NCBI GenBank assembly: GCA_963575745.1
Contig: CAUYUJ010000203.1
Location: 248,001 to 312,000 of the forward strand
Reading direction: 5' to 3'
Origin: Prorocentrum cordatum
Taxonomy: Eukaryota
DNA: 64,000 bases
The notes beneath the pieces are model-generated. The model was given only the letters and a program-made list of their open reading frames with translations. It was not told the origin of the DNA and made no database searches. A program made the position numbers and the translations under genes. The stretch's first letter is position 1, and every line of letters starts with the position of its first letter. Shown here one piece after another: positions 51,171-64,000 of the stretch.

Positions 51171-52262
51171 TCACGACGCGAGCATGCCTGGGCCTCCTCC
51201 TCCTCCTCCTCCTCGCGGATCAATGGCGGGCGCGGGCAGCAGTCCGCGATACGCTTGGGGACAGCATGGAGCACTCGAGGGCCTGAGTCGGAAAAGCACG
51301 GGCTGCTCGAGGATGGCAGGGAGGGGGGGGGGAGAATGCACGGAGGCGCGGGGGAGGAGGAAGAGGATTAACAAGGATAGGAAAGAGGGGAAGAGAAGAG
51401 AGGGGGGGAGACTGACGAGGAGGAAAAGGAGGAACGCAGGGAGGCGACGGAGAGCTGGCAAGCAGATCGGGGCAGCGGGCCGCGCGCGAACCCCTGCAGC
51501 CCGCTCCCACCGCTGCTCTTGCTCCCTGCTCCCTCCTGCCACCACGCTCCTCCCTCCCTCCCTCTGTCTCTCTCTCTCCCTCCTCCTGCTCCTGCTGCTC
51601 CTGGCTCCTGCTTCTGCAGCAGCTGCTGCTACTCATCCCCCCTCTGCCCCCCTCCTCCCCCGCCTCTCTTCCCTCCCTGCCTCCTCCCTTTCGCCTCCTG
51701 ACAACAGTTGATCCTGGGGCGGCGAAGGTGGCAAACGATGAGCCACCCCAGGGCACCCCTCGCCCCGACATCGCCGTCTGGCATCTCGCCCATCTGGCCC
51801 CTCCCGTCTCGTGCCCTCCTCCCTCGTCCCTCTCCCTCCTCCTCCCTCCTCCTCCCCATGCGTAGCGATTCCCCCCTCCCGCCTCTCCCCTGAGAGAGGG
51901 AACGAGAAAGGGGGCAGTGGCTCCTGGAGGGGGGGAACCTCGATCTGTAATCGGCGACACATCATCGATAGACAGACGGCCTGCCCCCGAAGCCGGACGC
52001 TCCTAGGCAGGCCCCTGCCGGCGACGAATGAGGGCCCGGGGCCGACGCGCACCACAGCGAACCGACCCGCCCCTGACGGCGCCCCCAGGCTGTCGGGCCA
52101 ACATACTTCTGGCCTCCTCGAACCCTCTCGGCGGTACTCTTGGGGGCCTCTCGGTGCTTCGGGGGCCTCTGGGCCGTCTTGGAGCGCCCTCGAAGGGCCC
52201 TCGCGCCGCCGCCGCCGTCGTCGTCGTCGCCGCCACCGCCGCCGCCGCCGCCGCCGCCACCG

Positions 52263-52326
<64 letters not shown>

Positions 52327-52599
52327 TCTCGTCATCGTCAGTTTTGAAGCCGTACAGGGCCATCTTGGAGCGCCCTCGAAGGGCCGTTTCGGGACAGCTT
52401 GGGCGCTCTCGGGCCCCTCTTGGGCCTCTCTTGGGCGTCTTACAAATATATCATGGCGTCTTGGGCGCGTCTTGGACCGTCGTAGGGGACTCGTGCGCGC
52501 TCTGGGAACTCTCTTGGACCGAAAGTCGGGGCCATCCGAACGCGAAAGGAGGGCATGCACCCCAGGGGGGCCACATCTGCGACCCCCCTGGGCCTGTTT

Positions 52600-52920
52600 C
52601 TATGTATATCTCTATATATATATCTATCGATCTATATATATATATGTATGTGCGTATGTATGTATGCATGCATGTATGTATGTATGTATGTATGTATGTA
52701 CGTACATACGTATGTAAGTATGTATATATGTATGTATGTACGTATGTCTGCATGTATGTATGTATGAATGTATGTATGCATGTATGAATGTATGTGTGCA
52801 TGCATGTATGTATGTATGCATGCATGTATGTATGTATGTGTGTGTATGTAAGTGTATATGTATGTATATATATATGCATGTGTATAACGACGTGTTTATA
52901 TGTAAATATAGATATACATA
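52600..52920. repeat. (TATG)n / (TA)n microsatellite
   Basis: Direct reading. Confidence 0.97.
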
Positions 52921-53199
52921 CGGCGGATTCAGGAAACCCTAAACCAAAACACCTTGTCATCTCTTTGGGGCGAATCTTTTACTTCCGCTGCCTTCCGCCG
53001 GCCTTGCGCCGAGGAAGAGATGACAATTCGTTAAAAACTCGAAGGCGAGGCCATGTTTGGATCGCTCCATATATATATATGTATGAGAGAGAGAGAGAAA
53101 ATAAAACCAGGGGACCGAATGGTCACTCATTGTCCTGGAGCGCGTGGTGGAAACAGGATTCGGTGGTCAGGATTCGATTTTCCATTTTATCAAAGAAAT

Positions 53200-56170
53200 G
53201 TTGACCACCCCCATCGGTGCCCATGCTGCTTGTTCAATTGAAGTGCTCTTACTGGGGCTCACACCTTGTTCTTTTTGGGAGAAGCGATTGGTCCTGGACA
53301 TCAACATCGGCTCCGGCCAGATACTTCCTGACACCTCATTCAAAATTGCGCTCTCGCGCGGGACTTCTTTCAATGTGTGCATGAATCGCACTCTCGCGTG
53401 GTATTTCCTCGAAATTGTTGCGGCGCCGTGCCTCCAACACTCAGGGATTTCGCTCTCGCTTTGGACTTCCTCACGACTTACCTGTGAATCGCGCTATCGC
53501 TCGAAATTTCCGTGCGATCCATGTTGGAATGACGCTTCAGTGACCCACCAGTTCGACCACCCGGCCGCCTGTGCCCGCCCGCCCGACCCGCCCGTCTGGT
53601 TCTGCCGTTTGTACTCGTGCTCCTAACACCCCTCCTGCAAATCCCTCTCACTGCCTTTTGTTTCTTTCCTCCTCCCTTCCTTCCCCCGTTTTAGGGGTGG
53701 CGCCAACCACTCGTGGCAGGTCATGCAGATATACTTCCAAGGGTGGTACGATCGAAAACGAAGAGGTCGGGCACCCAAGGTTTGGGATACAATCTACGTA
53801 AGAACGAACAAATATAAAATGATTGCTGTTGAATTCTTACTTCAAAATTCATAATTATTCTTGGCGCCCCCTCCGGTAATCATTTTGTTTTTCAATTAAA
53901 GCGCCCCTCCCGGGGCTCGCACCCTGATCGCAACAAACCGAAGTGTCACCTAACTGCGACCCTGGCTCCCGAGTTACAACAACAACGGCTCCTCGCTGAT
54001 ACTTCTTTTCCATGTACTTCAAAATCGCACTGTCGCGCGGGACTTCCTCACACATCATACAGGAATCGCACTCTCGCGCGAAACTTTCTCGCACTTTATT
54101 CAGACGCCCGCCCTCGACACAAACGCGCTCTCGTTTCGGCGTTTCTCCCGATTTACTGGGGAATCGTGTTATCGCTCGAGCTTTCTTCGCTGTTCATGCA
54201 TTCACGTTTCAACCCGTCCGTTACGGTCTATATACCCGCCCTCCGTTCGGTTCTGCCACATGGTTTCTGCTCCTGTCCCCCCTCCTGCTGATCCCGTGCT
54301 CCATCCTTCTCCCTTCCCCTTCCATCCGTCCTCCCTTCCCGTGTTTTGCGGGCTGCGCCAATTATGGGCGGCGGATAGGGAAAAGATACCCCCGGAGGGA
54401 GTACGGGAAGGGGGCGGGTGCCGGGGGGTCTGGGCTATACGTGGCACGCGGCCGGGTACGGGCGGGCCGTCTTGAAGTGGGTGTTGTTCGTTTTTGTTGC
54501 TGTTGGTGCTGCTGTTGTTTTGTTGCTGTTGCCGTTATTGTTGAACTCTCACTATTGTTGGTCCCCACCGTCAGGTGACCCTTGTGTTTTTGCAATTGAA
54601 GTGCTTCCCCCGGGGCTCGCACCCTGTATTTTTCTACTCGGGAAAATCACAAGGCTCTCAAACGGAGTCCCTGGCACCCGGTTTACAACAACAGCGGCTC
54701 CCACCTGCTACTTCCTCACAAATTATTCCCAAATCGCGCTCTCGCGCGGGACTTCCTCACAAATCAATACGCATCGCGCTCTCGCGAGGGACTTCCTCGC
54801 AACATATTCAGACGATGCGCCCCCGGCGCTCAAGAATCACGCTCTCGCGTTGGCTTTTCTCGCGATGTACTTGGGAATCGCGCAATCGCTTCCTCGCGAT
54901 TCATGCACGACCCACGCTTCAACAACCCGCCTGCTCGACCTCGTCGCCTGGGCCCGCCTTCCCGACCTGCCCGCTATGCGTCTGCCCACCCGATCTGCCC
55001 GTCTGGCTCTACCACTTGTTTTCTGTTCCTCGCCCCCCATCCTGCTAATTTCCCTCGTGTTCCATTCTTCACCCCCCCCTTCTACATGTCCTCTCTTCCC
55101 TTATTTTGAGGGCTGCACCAAATGCGCGTGGCAGGTAAGGAAGATCTACACCCAATGGGGCACGATCAAAAACGACGAGGGTGGGTACCAAGGACTTGGG
55201 ATATACGTACTGGTTGGCACGTGAGCAAATAGAAGCGAACAGTCTTAAAATGATTGTTGTTGTTGGTGGTGGCGCTGTTGTCGTTGTTGCTGTTGTTGTT
55301 GATGGTGTTGTTGTGTTTGTTGTTGTTTGTAGCGTTGTTCGTGTTCTTATTGGTGGTGTTGGTGTTGGTGTTGTCGCTCTTATTTAAAAATCGTCAGCAT
55401 ATTGTATTGTGAAAGAAGTCGTTCCCCCTTCCGGGTGACTATTGTTTTTCTTCAGTTAAGCGGGCTCCTCCTTGGGCTCGCACTTGTTTTTGCAAGGGAC
55501 ACTGTGGGGTCACCAAGCTGCGACGTTGGGCCCCGAAATCAGCAAGAACAACAACGGCTCCCGCCGGTTATTTTTTCACACATTGTTGAAAATTCTCGCT
55601 CTGGCGCGGGACGTGCTCTCGCGTGGGGTTTCCTCGCATTGTTTTCAAACGCCACGCCTTTCTGAATCGCATTTTCGCTCGAGACCTTCTCGCGACTCAT
55701 GCAGTACCCACGCTTCAAAAACCCGCCTGCTCGACCTGGCCACTGGGGCCCGCCTTCCCGATCCGCCCGTTAAGATCTATCGCCTGCCGTTCGGTTATGT
55801 CACATGTTTTCTGTTCCTAGCCCCGCTCCTGCCCTTCGAATCCCGTGTTCCATCCTTCTCCCTTTCGATCCATCCGTCCTTTCTTCCCCTGTTTTAGGGG
55901 TTGCACCAATTACGCGCGGCAGGTAGGGAAAATATGCCCCAATGGGGGTGCGATCGAAGACGAAGAGGGCGGGTATCGAGGGTTTTTGATATACGTTTTG
56001 AATGGCACGCGAGCAAGTAAGAGCGGACAATCTGAAAACAATTGTTGTTGCCGTCGTCGTCGCCCTCGCCCGCGACCCCCACGACCCGCCTGCGACTCAC
56101 CCCGCGACCCGCCCGCGACCCGCCCGCGACCCAACCCGCGACCCACCCGCGTCCTACCCGCGACCCACCC
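53200..56170 (+). repeat. Four diverged tandem copies of a ~660-860 bp composite unit
   Basis: CAATTRAAG...GGGCTCRCAC anchors near 53235, 53895, 54595 and 55455, with recurring CTCTCGCG and ACGAAGAGG...GGGATA blocks. Confidence 0.8.
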
Positions 56171-57102
56171 CGCGCCACTCTTTTCTTCAACTGCGGTGTG
56201 CTACGTGTACATATTGAAACAGACAGCCAAACAGGATAGTGTGAACAAACCATCTGCGTTGGCTGCCTCCTTCCCTCCATCCCATCCCTCCCCCCCTCAA
56301 AACACCGCGGACCGTGGACCGGCGGCCAGTGCCGCCCCGCCGGCCTGTAGATTGCCTTGACGAGCGAGCCTTGCAGGTTCGGGAGCCTCTCGGCGCAGAG
56401 GGGGGAGGGGGACTGCGCATTCGGCCTGCATGATGCAGGGACCGGCCGTCCCAGCATAGATGCCTACAACGAGTCTTACCGAGAGCAATGGAGTGTTCCA
56501 AACACAAGCACTCTAGTCTTAGATTGTATAGCTGACGTGTTAAACCATAGGGGCCTCAGCCAGAAATGTTCTAAGCACGCTTCTCGACCACACGCACGAG
56601 TGACCTGGATAATAGTGACCTTTGGTGCGCGGTTTTTGGGGGGCCGCGGGGGGGCCAAACACAAGCGCGCAAGACGCTACTACCGCACCGCTGTCGGCGA
56701 TCGGGGGGCCGCAGTGGGCCCGCACCAAAGGTCACTTTGGCGAAGGCTCACTCTTACGTGTAGTCCAATGTCGTGCAAATAACAAGAGGCCCTTAGGACA
56801 TTGTCTGGTTGGCCAATAGGCAGGCCACGACGCTTCGCTACTGCTTGACTAGGGGCGGTCCGCCGCAAGAGCAGGCAGGAAAGGGGGTGGCGCGAGGGCC
56901 CGGACATGCGTCGTCATATTTTGGAGACGGGATCCCCGGGCTCTACCCTCTCCCCAGGACATGTTTCTCGTCCTGGGTTGTTGTTGAACGGTCCCACGGC
57001 CCAGCGAGGCCCTCCGGACGCAAAAAACGGCCAAACGTCTCTCCCGTGAGGATTTTGTCACGACACGAACATGTCCCGGGAGGGTCGACCTCTTCTTTCT
57101 TC

Positions 57103-57136
<34 letters not shown>

Positions 57137-58369
57137 AATTCCAAATCACATGCTGGACGGGAATTCCAAATCACATGCTGGACGGACAGCTGGCTGCCTA
57201 TTGCACTTGTGAGTTCCCCCACCGCCTCGACCGCAACCTCCGAAGCAATCGAATCGGCCGTGACGGAAGAAATCGGATCAAGAATATGAGTATACATGCT
57301 ATGACGATTGGTTTGGGGCTCTTTCCCCCGAAACTGGCCCCCGAGACCGCCAGCAAGCCCCCAAGGGGCCCCCAACGGGACCCCAAGAGGCCCTAAGAGG
57401 CCTTCCAAACACCCCGGGAGGCCCCAATGGCTCCCGAACGCCGTCACGAGGCCCCCGAGAGGCATCCCAAGAGACCCTAACAAGCCTCCTGACAAGGGCC
57501 CTTGTCCACGACCCAGTCTGGCCAGAGGCCACTACACCCGACCTACAGTATGCGCCAGTGGAAGAAGCGAAGCGATTGAACAAAAATACCTGATAGGATG
57601 ACTGGTGTCGTCGCTGCAAAGCCTGCCTTGCACACGGCCGCCTCGATGTACCAAGCGGCTGATGAGCACGTCCTGGCACGCGGGCCACAACCTGTGTGCA
57701 CCAAGCGGTTCGCACTCGCAAGGCCGTCGACGAAGATTACGCCCGGTGAGAGACCAGGATCTCAAAGCGCCCCTCTGGGAGGACAGGCTGAGCTCGGCCA
57801 GGCTGAATTCGGCCCGCGCCGAATTCAGCCTGGCCGAGTTTCGCCTGGCCGAGTCTTCCCCTTGTCGTCTGGGCGAGGAGTCTCCGTGGAAAGAAAGAAT
57901 GACACAAAACCAAAACCGGGGGCGCCGCCAGAAGGGCCCCAGCGCCGATCCGAGAAATCCGCGCGGACCTCCGAAATGTTATGCTTATGCCATCCAAACT
58001 TTCTTCCTCTACGGAGACTCCTCGCTCAGACGACAAGGGAAAGACCCCGCCAGGCGACACTCGACCAGGCGGAGCTCGGCCAGTGAAGCTCGGCCATTGG
58101 AGCCCTTGTCTGGGCGAATGTTGCTCCCATCGCACTTACAGATCACACCCCACACATAACTTCGAACACTCAGAAGAAGTATCGAAGCAATTTCTTTCCG
58201 ACACGCCAGCAAAATGTCGAGCGAGTACCGCCTCCCAGGGCCCGACACTAGAAAACCTTTTCCTTTCGGTATTTCCCTGGTGGTCGAAATTCTTTCTGGT
58301 CATCAAGGCTAATGTCGGTTGGAAAATCATACCTAGACGTCGGGCTGCTCCAATTGTTTCGCTGCGTGG

Positions 58370-58510
58370 GCCCCGGAGGTCTGGACCACTTCCCAAGGGC
58401 CGGTTTTTCGCCCTGCGTCGTTTTTTGACGCTCCCGAGGCCTGGCGAGGGCCTCCGGAGGCCGAAATCAGCCCCAAACCGCCCGCTCCAAGTTTCTTGGA
58501 GCGTCGGCTC
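58370..58510 (+). repeat. ~120-bp dispersed repeat, also at ~1190-1250, ~2080-2190 (-), ~45270-45410 (-), ~56935-57030 and ~63360-63450
   Basis: Shared GACCACTTCC...TTTTTC...CCCGAGGCC.GGCGAGGGCC core. Confidence 0.7.
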
Positions 58511-58599
58511 TCTGGGTAGGTCTGGGCGAAAAATCTCCCCCCTGCCGTCTTAGAGGCCTCCTAGATGGGGTCGGAGTAGATGTGGTCGGAGGATCGCGC

Positions 58600-58750
58600 C
58601 GCATCGCCGATGCATCGACGATGCATCGGCGATGCATCAGGGTTGCAGCTGCGATGCATCGTCGAGGTCGGCGATGCATCGGCGCCGTCGGCGTGGAGGA
58701 AATCGGGCTCCGCATCGAGCTGCGTCGCCGATGCATCGACGATACGGCGC
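58600..58750. repeat. CGATGCATCG palindrome minisatellite
   Basis: Repeated GATGCATC words. Confidence 0.85.
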
Positions 58751-60559
58751 GATCCTCCGGCCCCCGTCTAACTCCACCCCACCTTGGGAGGCCTATAGGC
58801 GTCTGGTCGAGGCTCGCGTGCGCCTCTGGCGAGGCCTCCGCTCGCCAAGGCCGCACTCGCAGGGGCGGCGGGGCGGCGGCGAGGGGTCGGCCTCGGCGCG
58901 TCGCCCGAGGCCGAGCTGCCGCCGCCGGGCGTGGCGGCGAAGGGGCCTCCCCGGCTGGCGGGGGACGACGGCGACGACGACCACGACGACGACGACGACG
59001 AACACAACAACACACTACACCCGCAGGAAAAGGGAGGGGATACTGGCACAGATGCACGTCAGAAACGGGGCCTCGGGACTGGGCGCCGTGGCGGCGCAGG
59101 GGACTACCTGGCCCGGGGGAGCGTGCCTGACTTCAGATCGGCCGTGCTTTGGAAGTCGATTTCCGCCCGACTTCGCCGTCGCGGCTTCCGCCACAACTTT
59201 GCGGAAATATCCGCCCTACTTTTTCGCATCGTTTGGGCTGCATTTCCGACACAATTGCAGATCGACGATTTAAAAAACAAAAATGCGGCGGATCTGCAGT
59301 CCGGGGGGGAGCGCTCGGTCCTGGCTGGCGCATGCGAACAAAAACACGACAGGGCGGTTTTCGACACTTCTTGGCGGATTCCGAGGGAACCCCCATGACC
59401 GTCAAACAACGACTCAGGATGAGATGTCAGTCCTGGGGAATGGCCCAAACCTGCAGGGGTCCACGTGGAACAACAAAAATGCGACGGGCGGATGTTGACA
59501 ATGTCGGCTTCCTGGAGCCCTTTGGACCGTTGCAACGCGGCTCACGATCAGGTGCAGGTCCCTGGGGAAGAGGTGCAGACCTCCAGGGTTCCACGTGGGA
59601 AAATGTGGACGCCTGAAATGGGCACAGACGAATAGGTACGATGCCCAACAACAAACATTGTCCAACATCGACGGCGGCTGCTGTTAGGCAGGCGGCCTTC
59701 TGTCTCAAATGGACGACGTCCGCGGCGGCGAGGACAACGAGTCTTGTTCAAAATGAAACAGAAACTGCTGTTGGGCACGCCACGTTGGAAACGAGGGTGC
59801 CTATACCTACGCACGACCTCACGCGGATAGCTGACGCGCCAGTGAACACGACCCCGTTTTCCTGCGTCGCCAAGCTGGAAAGAAGCAAGCGACCTTCAGG
59901 ACGCCGTGGTCTCGGAGGTCTCAGGGGCCGTCAGGAGACTCCACCGTCGCAGGAGTCCTGAGCTCGGGAACCTCGCCCCTCCTCCCCCTGGTCTCTGATA
60001 TCCGACGGCGCCAAAATATTAAAACATCGTAAAACATCACGGCAGGAGCCCCAGTCCCTTTCTTTCTGCTAAATGTTCCGAACCGGATCGGTCGGAGTGT
60101 CCCGGGTGCCCGAAACCAGACGAAAACGCCCAGCTCGAAAACATTGAGACGCCAGGGCCTCAGGGTCCCTGGGGCCGCCGAGAGAAGCGGCTAGGGACGA
60201 GGAGCTGGCCCTGGTAGAGGGACAAACGAAGGGCATACGTATAAACGCTCGGATGTCCGCGCGGAGCGCTCCAGGGGCGCCGCTGGAGCCGTCGCCTGCG
60301 GGGTCCCAACGCCGATCCAAGACACCCGCTTGGAGCTCCGAAAGTTTATGTTCATGCCGTTGTTGATGTCAGTCGACCTGGGGAACAGCCCCCGCCTGTA
60401 TGCGGGGCGCATCTCCACCAGGGCCCTTCTCCCTCATGTCAGTCCTCCCCCTGCAGGGCCCGTCTCCACCAGGACACCGCCCCCTCGTGCCAGTGCTGCT
60501 CCGCCTCGGCCTCTGCCTCCAAGTCCTCCGCCTCCTCTCCGCCGGCATTGCTGCCACCG

Positions 60560-60830
60560 TCACCATCAGTAACCATCACCACCACATCATCACCATCATC
60601 ACCATGACCATGTCCATTTCCCATGACCATGTGTATCATCATCATCAGCAGCAGCAGCAGCAGTATCTTCATCACCATCATCGCAATCGCCAGCATCATC
60701 ATCATCATCAGCAGCATCATCATCACCGCCACAACCAACATCATAATCACCATGATTGTCGGCATCAACATCATAACCATCATCATTCTGATCATCATCA
60801 TTATTACTGGTGTTATTGTTGTTATTTCTA
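60560..60830. repeat. Degenerate (CAT)n tract
   Basis: Direct reading. Confidence 0.9.
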
Positions 60831-61233
60831 TAAGTAACATGATGATATTACTGGCCGGCATGATGAATATGATAATGATTGTTTTCCTCGCCATCAGAGC
60901 CAATAAGCAGGGATAAATTTCGCCCTGCAAAAAAATATTCGAGTCAATAGGGTGGCTCGGCGCAGAGAGCGAGGCATCGTGTCTAGAACCGCGCGAGGGG
61001 TGGGCAATTAAAGAAAAAATCCGAGTCCCTACGCATGGTAAGGCGAATGCACTCATTCCCCATTAGCCTCACGGCGGTGCTGTGTGGGGTGCTGCACGCA
61101 CGGGGTACGCCGCGTTGCCCATTAAGCTTCGGAGCCACAGCGCGGATGATGCAAGATGCTCGAGCGGGAGGAGGTGGAGGAGGAAGAGGAAACATAGTCA
61201 GCAGTGAAAAGAAGAAAGAAAAAAACCATAGGC

Positions 61234-62307
61234 TCATTCAGTGGTGGCCTCGGCCACTGTTTCGCGGCCAAGGAGTCCTCCCGAGGGCAGGGACGTGTAG
61301 GACAGCGCGTACTCTTCGTTAGTCATGTCCTCGGACTGGCTCTTCACGCTGAGATGTTGCACGGCCAAGGAGCCCTCCCAGTCGTTGGACATGGACGTGT
61401 AGTGCATAGCGTGCTCTTCGTTGGTCATGTCCTCGGACTTCCGCTCCACGCTGAAGTGTTTCACGGCCATGTGGTCCTCCCAGTCGTTGGACAGAGACGG
61501 AGAGCACTCGTCGTTTGTCATGTCCTCGGCCTTCCGCTCCACGCTGAAGTGTTTCGCGGCCACGTGGTCCTCCCAGCCGTTGGACAGGAATGTGTTCTCG
61601 GACTTCCGCTCCACGCTGAGGTGTTTCACGGCCAGGTGATCCTCCCAGTCGTTGGACAGGAACGTGTAGATCGGTGTGTACTCTTCGTGGATCAGGTCTT
61701 TAGGCTTCCGCTCGATGCTGAAGTGTTGCACGGCCAAGTAGTCCTCCCAGTCGTTGGACAGGGACGTGTAGATCGAGGCGTACTCTACGGCCAGGTAGTC
61801 CCCCCAGTTGTTGGACAGGAACGTGCAGATCGAAGCGTACTCTTCGTTAGTCGGGTGCTCGGACTTCCGCTCCATGCTGAAGTGTTTCACGGCCAGGTTG
61901 TCCTCCCAGTCGTTGAACAAGGACGTGTCGAGCGAGCCGTACTCTTCGTTGACCGTGTCCACGGACTTGCGCTTCACGCTGACGTGGTTCCCGGTCCGGG
62001 GGTCCTCCCACTCGTTGGACAGGGACATGTATAGCGAGGCGTCCTCTTCGTTAGTTATGTCCTTGGACTTCCGCTCCACGCTGACGTGTTTCACGGGCAC
62101 GTAGTCCTCCCAGTCGTGGGACAGAAACGCGTAGGACGAAGCGTACTTTTCGTTATTGATGTCCTCGGACTTGCGCGCCACGCTGAAGCCCCTGGCCTGC
62201 ACTTGCACATCCACGCTGCGCGGCGACGCGCCGTGCGGCGCACGCGCGGGCACGCCGAGTCGGCGGCGCGTCTGCCCACCGCACCATGCCGCGAGGAGCC
62301 ATTGCAT
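61234..62307 (-). CDS. HSP90: ORF built from ~10 tandem copies of a 34-aa Hsp90 middle-domain segment (not a full-length Hsp90)
   Basis: Unit consensus [34 protein letters not shown] matches the conserved cytosolic Hsp90 stretch ...[29 protein letters not shown]. 102-nt period; array at ~61258-62187. Confidence 0.85.
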   Translation of the reverse strand: MQWLLAAWCGGQTRRRLGVPARAPHGASPRSVDVQVQARGFSVARKSEDINNEKYASSYAFLSHDWEDYVPVKHVSVERKSKDITNEEDASLYMSLSNEWEDPRTGNHVSVKRKSVDTVNEEYGSLDTSLFNDWEDNLAVKHFSMERKSEHPTNEEYASICTFLSNNWGDYLAVEYASIYTSLSNDWEDYLAVQHFSIERKPKDLIHEEYTPIYTFLSNDWEDHLAVKHLSVERKSENTFLSNGWEDHVAAKHFSVERKAEDMTNDECSPSLSNDWEDHMAVKHFSVERKSEDMTNEEHAMHYTSMSNDWEGSLAVQHLSVKSQSEDMTNEEYALSYTSLPSGGLLGRETVAEATTE

Positions 62308-62402
62308 GAGACACCACGCTCTCTGCCTGTTCGCAAGCCGAGAGAAGGAGAGAAGTGGAGGCCGCTGTGTCGGCGATGTCCTGAGCAGATGGCGGCCTTA
62401 TA

Positions 62403-62407
62403 TGATA

Positions 62408-62441
<34 letters not shown>

Positions 62442-62460
62442 GAATGATGATGATGACGCT

Positions 62461-62521
<61 letters not shown>

Positions 62522-62891
62522 GTCGTCCTCCGCATGAATGGGATAACCATCGCCGTGGTCACTACCCACATGCTCACCATCACCACCGCCATCACCATCG
62601 ACATGACCAACATTAGAATCGTCAACGTAGGCGTCATAATATCCGTCGTCGTCGTTAGCAACATCATCATCATCATCACCATCAACATCATCATCATCAT
62701 CACCATCAACTTCACCATCGCCATAACCATCATGGTCGGCAACAGCACACTCAGCATCAACATCATCATCAATGTCACCATCATCACAATCATCAACATC
62801 ATCATCACCACAACCGTCATCATCGTCACCAGCAGCATCAGTGCCATCAGCACAAACATGATCATCATCAACATCATCATCATCATCACCC

Positions 62892-62924
<33 letters not shown>

Positions 62925-62990
62925 CCCTCAACATCATCATCACCATCACCATCAACATCACCATCGTCATCATCATCAGCATCAACATCG
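62403..62990. repeat. (GAT)n followed by long (CAT)n tracts
   Basis: Direct reading. Confidence 0.95.
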
Positions 62991-64000
62991 TCGGAACATT
63001 GTTGGCACCTCTGCCGCAGCTGGCAAGCCACACCCGCTCCAATGCTTCAAAAGGAGTGTGTAACATATGCCAGCCAGCGCAGACCCCAAGCAGTTCGTTA
63101 CTACTCTGCGCGGGTAAGAAAGACATGCGAAGCAAGCCATGTAGTGGTAATTGCGTGCTGTGCAAACTATGCTGCCAGGCCAGGGTACGAGGCGCCCACG
63201 AGCGCGCAAGAGGCGACCACGGGGCGGCCACGAGGCGACACCTCGGCGGACCCACCTGGGTCACGGGGCGCCCATCAGGCGTACCCAGAAGCACAAAGCG
63301 AAAACCCCTAGGTGCAAGACCTGTGTGGGGAGGAGTGTACTTTCCACGCCACTGTGCGGGGTCCCCTGCGCTCTGGACCACTTCCAAAGGACCAAAGTTT
63401 GGTCCCGGTCCCAGGGCCAAGCGAGGGCCTCCAGACCCTGAAAACTACGAAAACCTCCATCTGGGAATTTTCAGTAGTGAGGCGTCTGGGGTGGGGATCG
63501 CTCGAACTAAAGCAATTCATCGAGACTGTACTTTCAAGGCCTTTTCTGATCGAGCTGACCCGCCCCGCCGGAATCCGTCGGCCACTGGTCCCCGGAGTCG
63601 CCCAAGTACGAGGCGGCGCGCTCGGCGGCCGCCAGCGCCTATGGCGTTGCCGTCGAGGCAGGGATGCGAAGGCGAGGGAAGGGTGAAATCCCAGACTTCC
63701 GACGATCGGGTTTCTCAATCCGGGCGTTTTCCTCGACGTCGGCCTCTGCCATCGCCTGGCTGGGGCCCATTGCCCAGCCCAGGGGCCGTCAAGCATGGAT
63801 CTGGACGAAGAACTACCCCCCGGGGAAGCGGTCGGGACCTCTGGGGCCGCGGATTGAAAAAAACAACACCAGCGCGTGTGAGGGGGTTCGGACGCCGCCA
63901 AGGATCATTAAGGAATTTGGACTCCGCCAAGGATCATCAGGCAGAAGGGAGGGAGAGAGGAGGGAGGGAGGGCACAGGCCGGGGATGGAGAAAGGATATG

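Noticed and set aside
52451..52960. MYVC / HTYI repeat ORFs
   Set aside because: They are translations of the (TATG)n microsatellite.
61204..62034. 276-aa plus-strand ORF as an independent gene
   Set aside because: It is the exact antisense of the Hsp90-derived frame, and the homology lies on the minus strand.
61234..62307. Functional full-length HSP90 gene
   Set aside because: Only one 34-aa segment is present; the ATPase and C-terminal domains were not found in the window.

Overview
A GC-rich, extremely repeat-dense eukaryotic window with one 100-N gap at 304-403. Its style (long GGA/CCT, CAT, CAA, TAG and CT tracts, and one degenerate spliced-leader-like motif) suggests a dinoflagellate nuclear genome; this is an inference. 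No rRNA, tRNA or CRISPR array was seen, and most ORFs in the track are low-complexity artefacts. Recognisable content: (1) a decayed but architecturally complete tyrosine-recombinase (DIRS/PAT/Ngaro-type) retrotransposon on the minus strand (~4930-10250), ordered small membrane ORF0, intact gag-like ORF, RT, RNase H, YR, preceded by SL-like relics and flanked on both sides by an 82-84 nt hairpin repeat; (2) an open reading frame made of ~10 tandem, diverged copies of a 34-codon piece of the Hsp90 middle domain (61234-62307, minus), with all internal indels in frame; (3) a degenerate RNase H-bearing LINE (~47300-51170); (4) a transposase-like fragment (~42640-43650); (5) a ~241-aa orphan ORF (37785-38510); (6) several non-autonomous elements that carry internal tandem arrays and share hairpin termini; (7) a few weak candidate exons.
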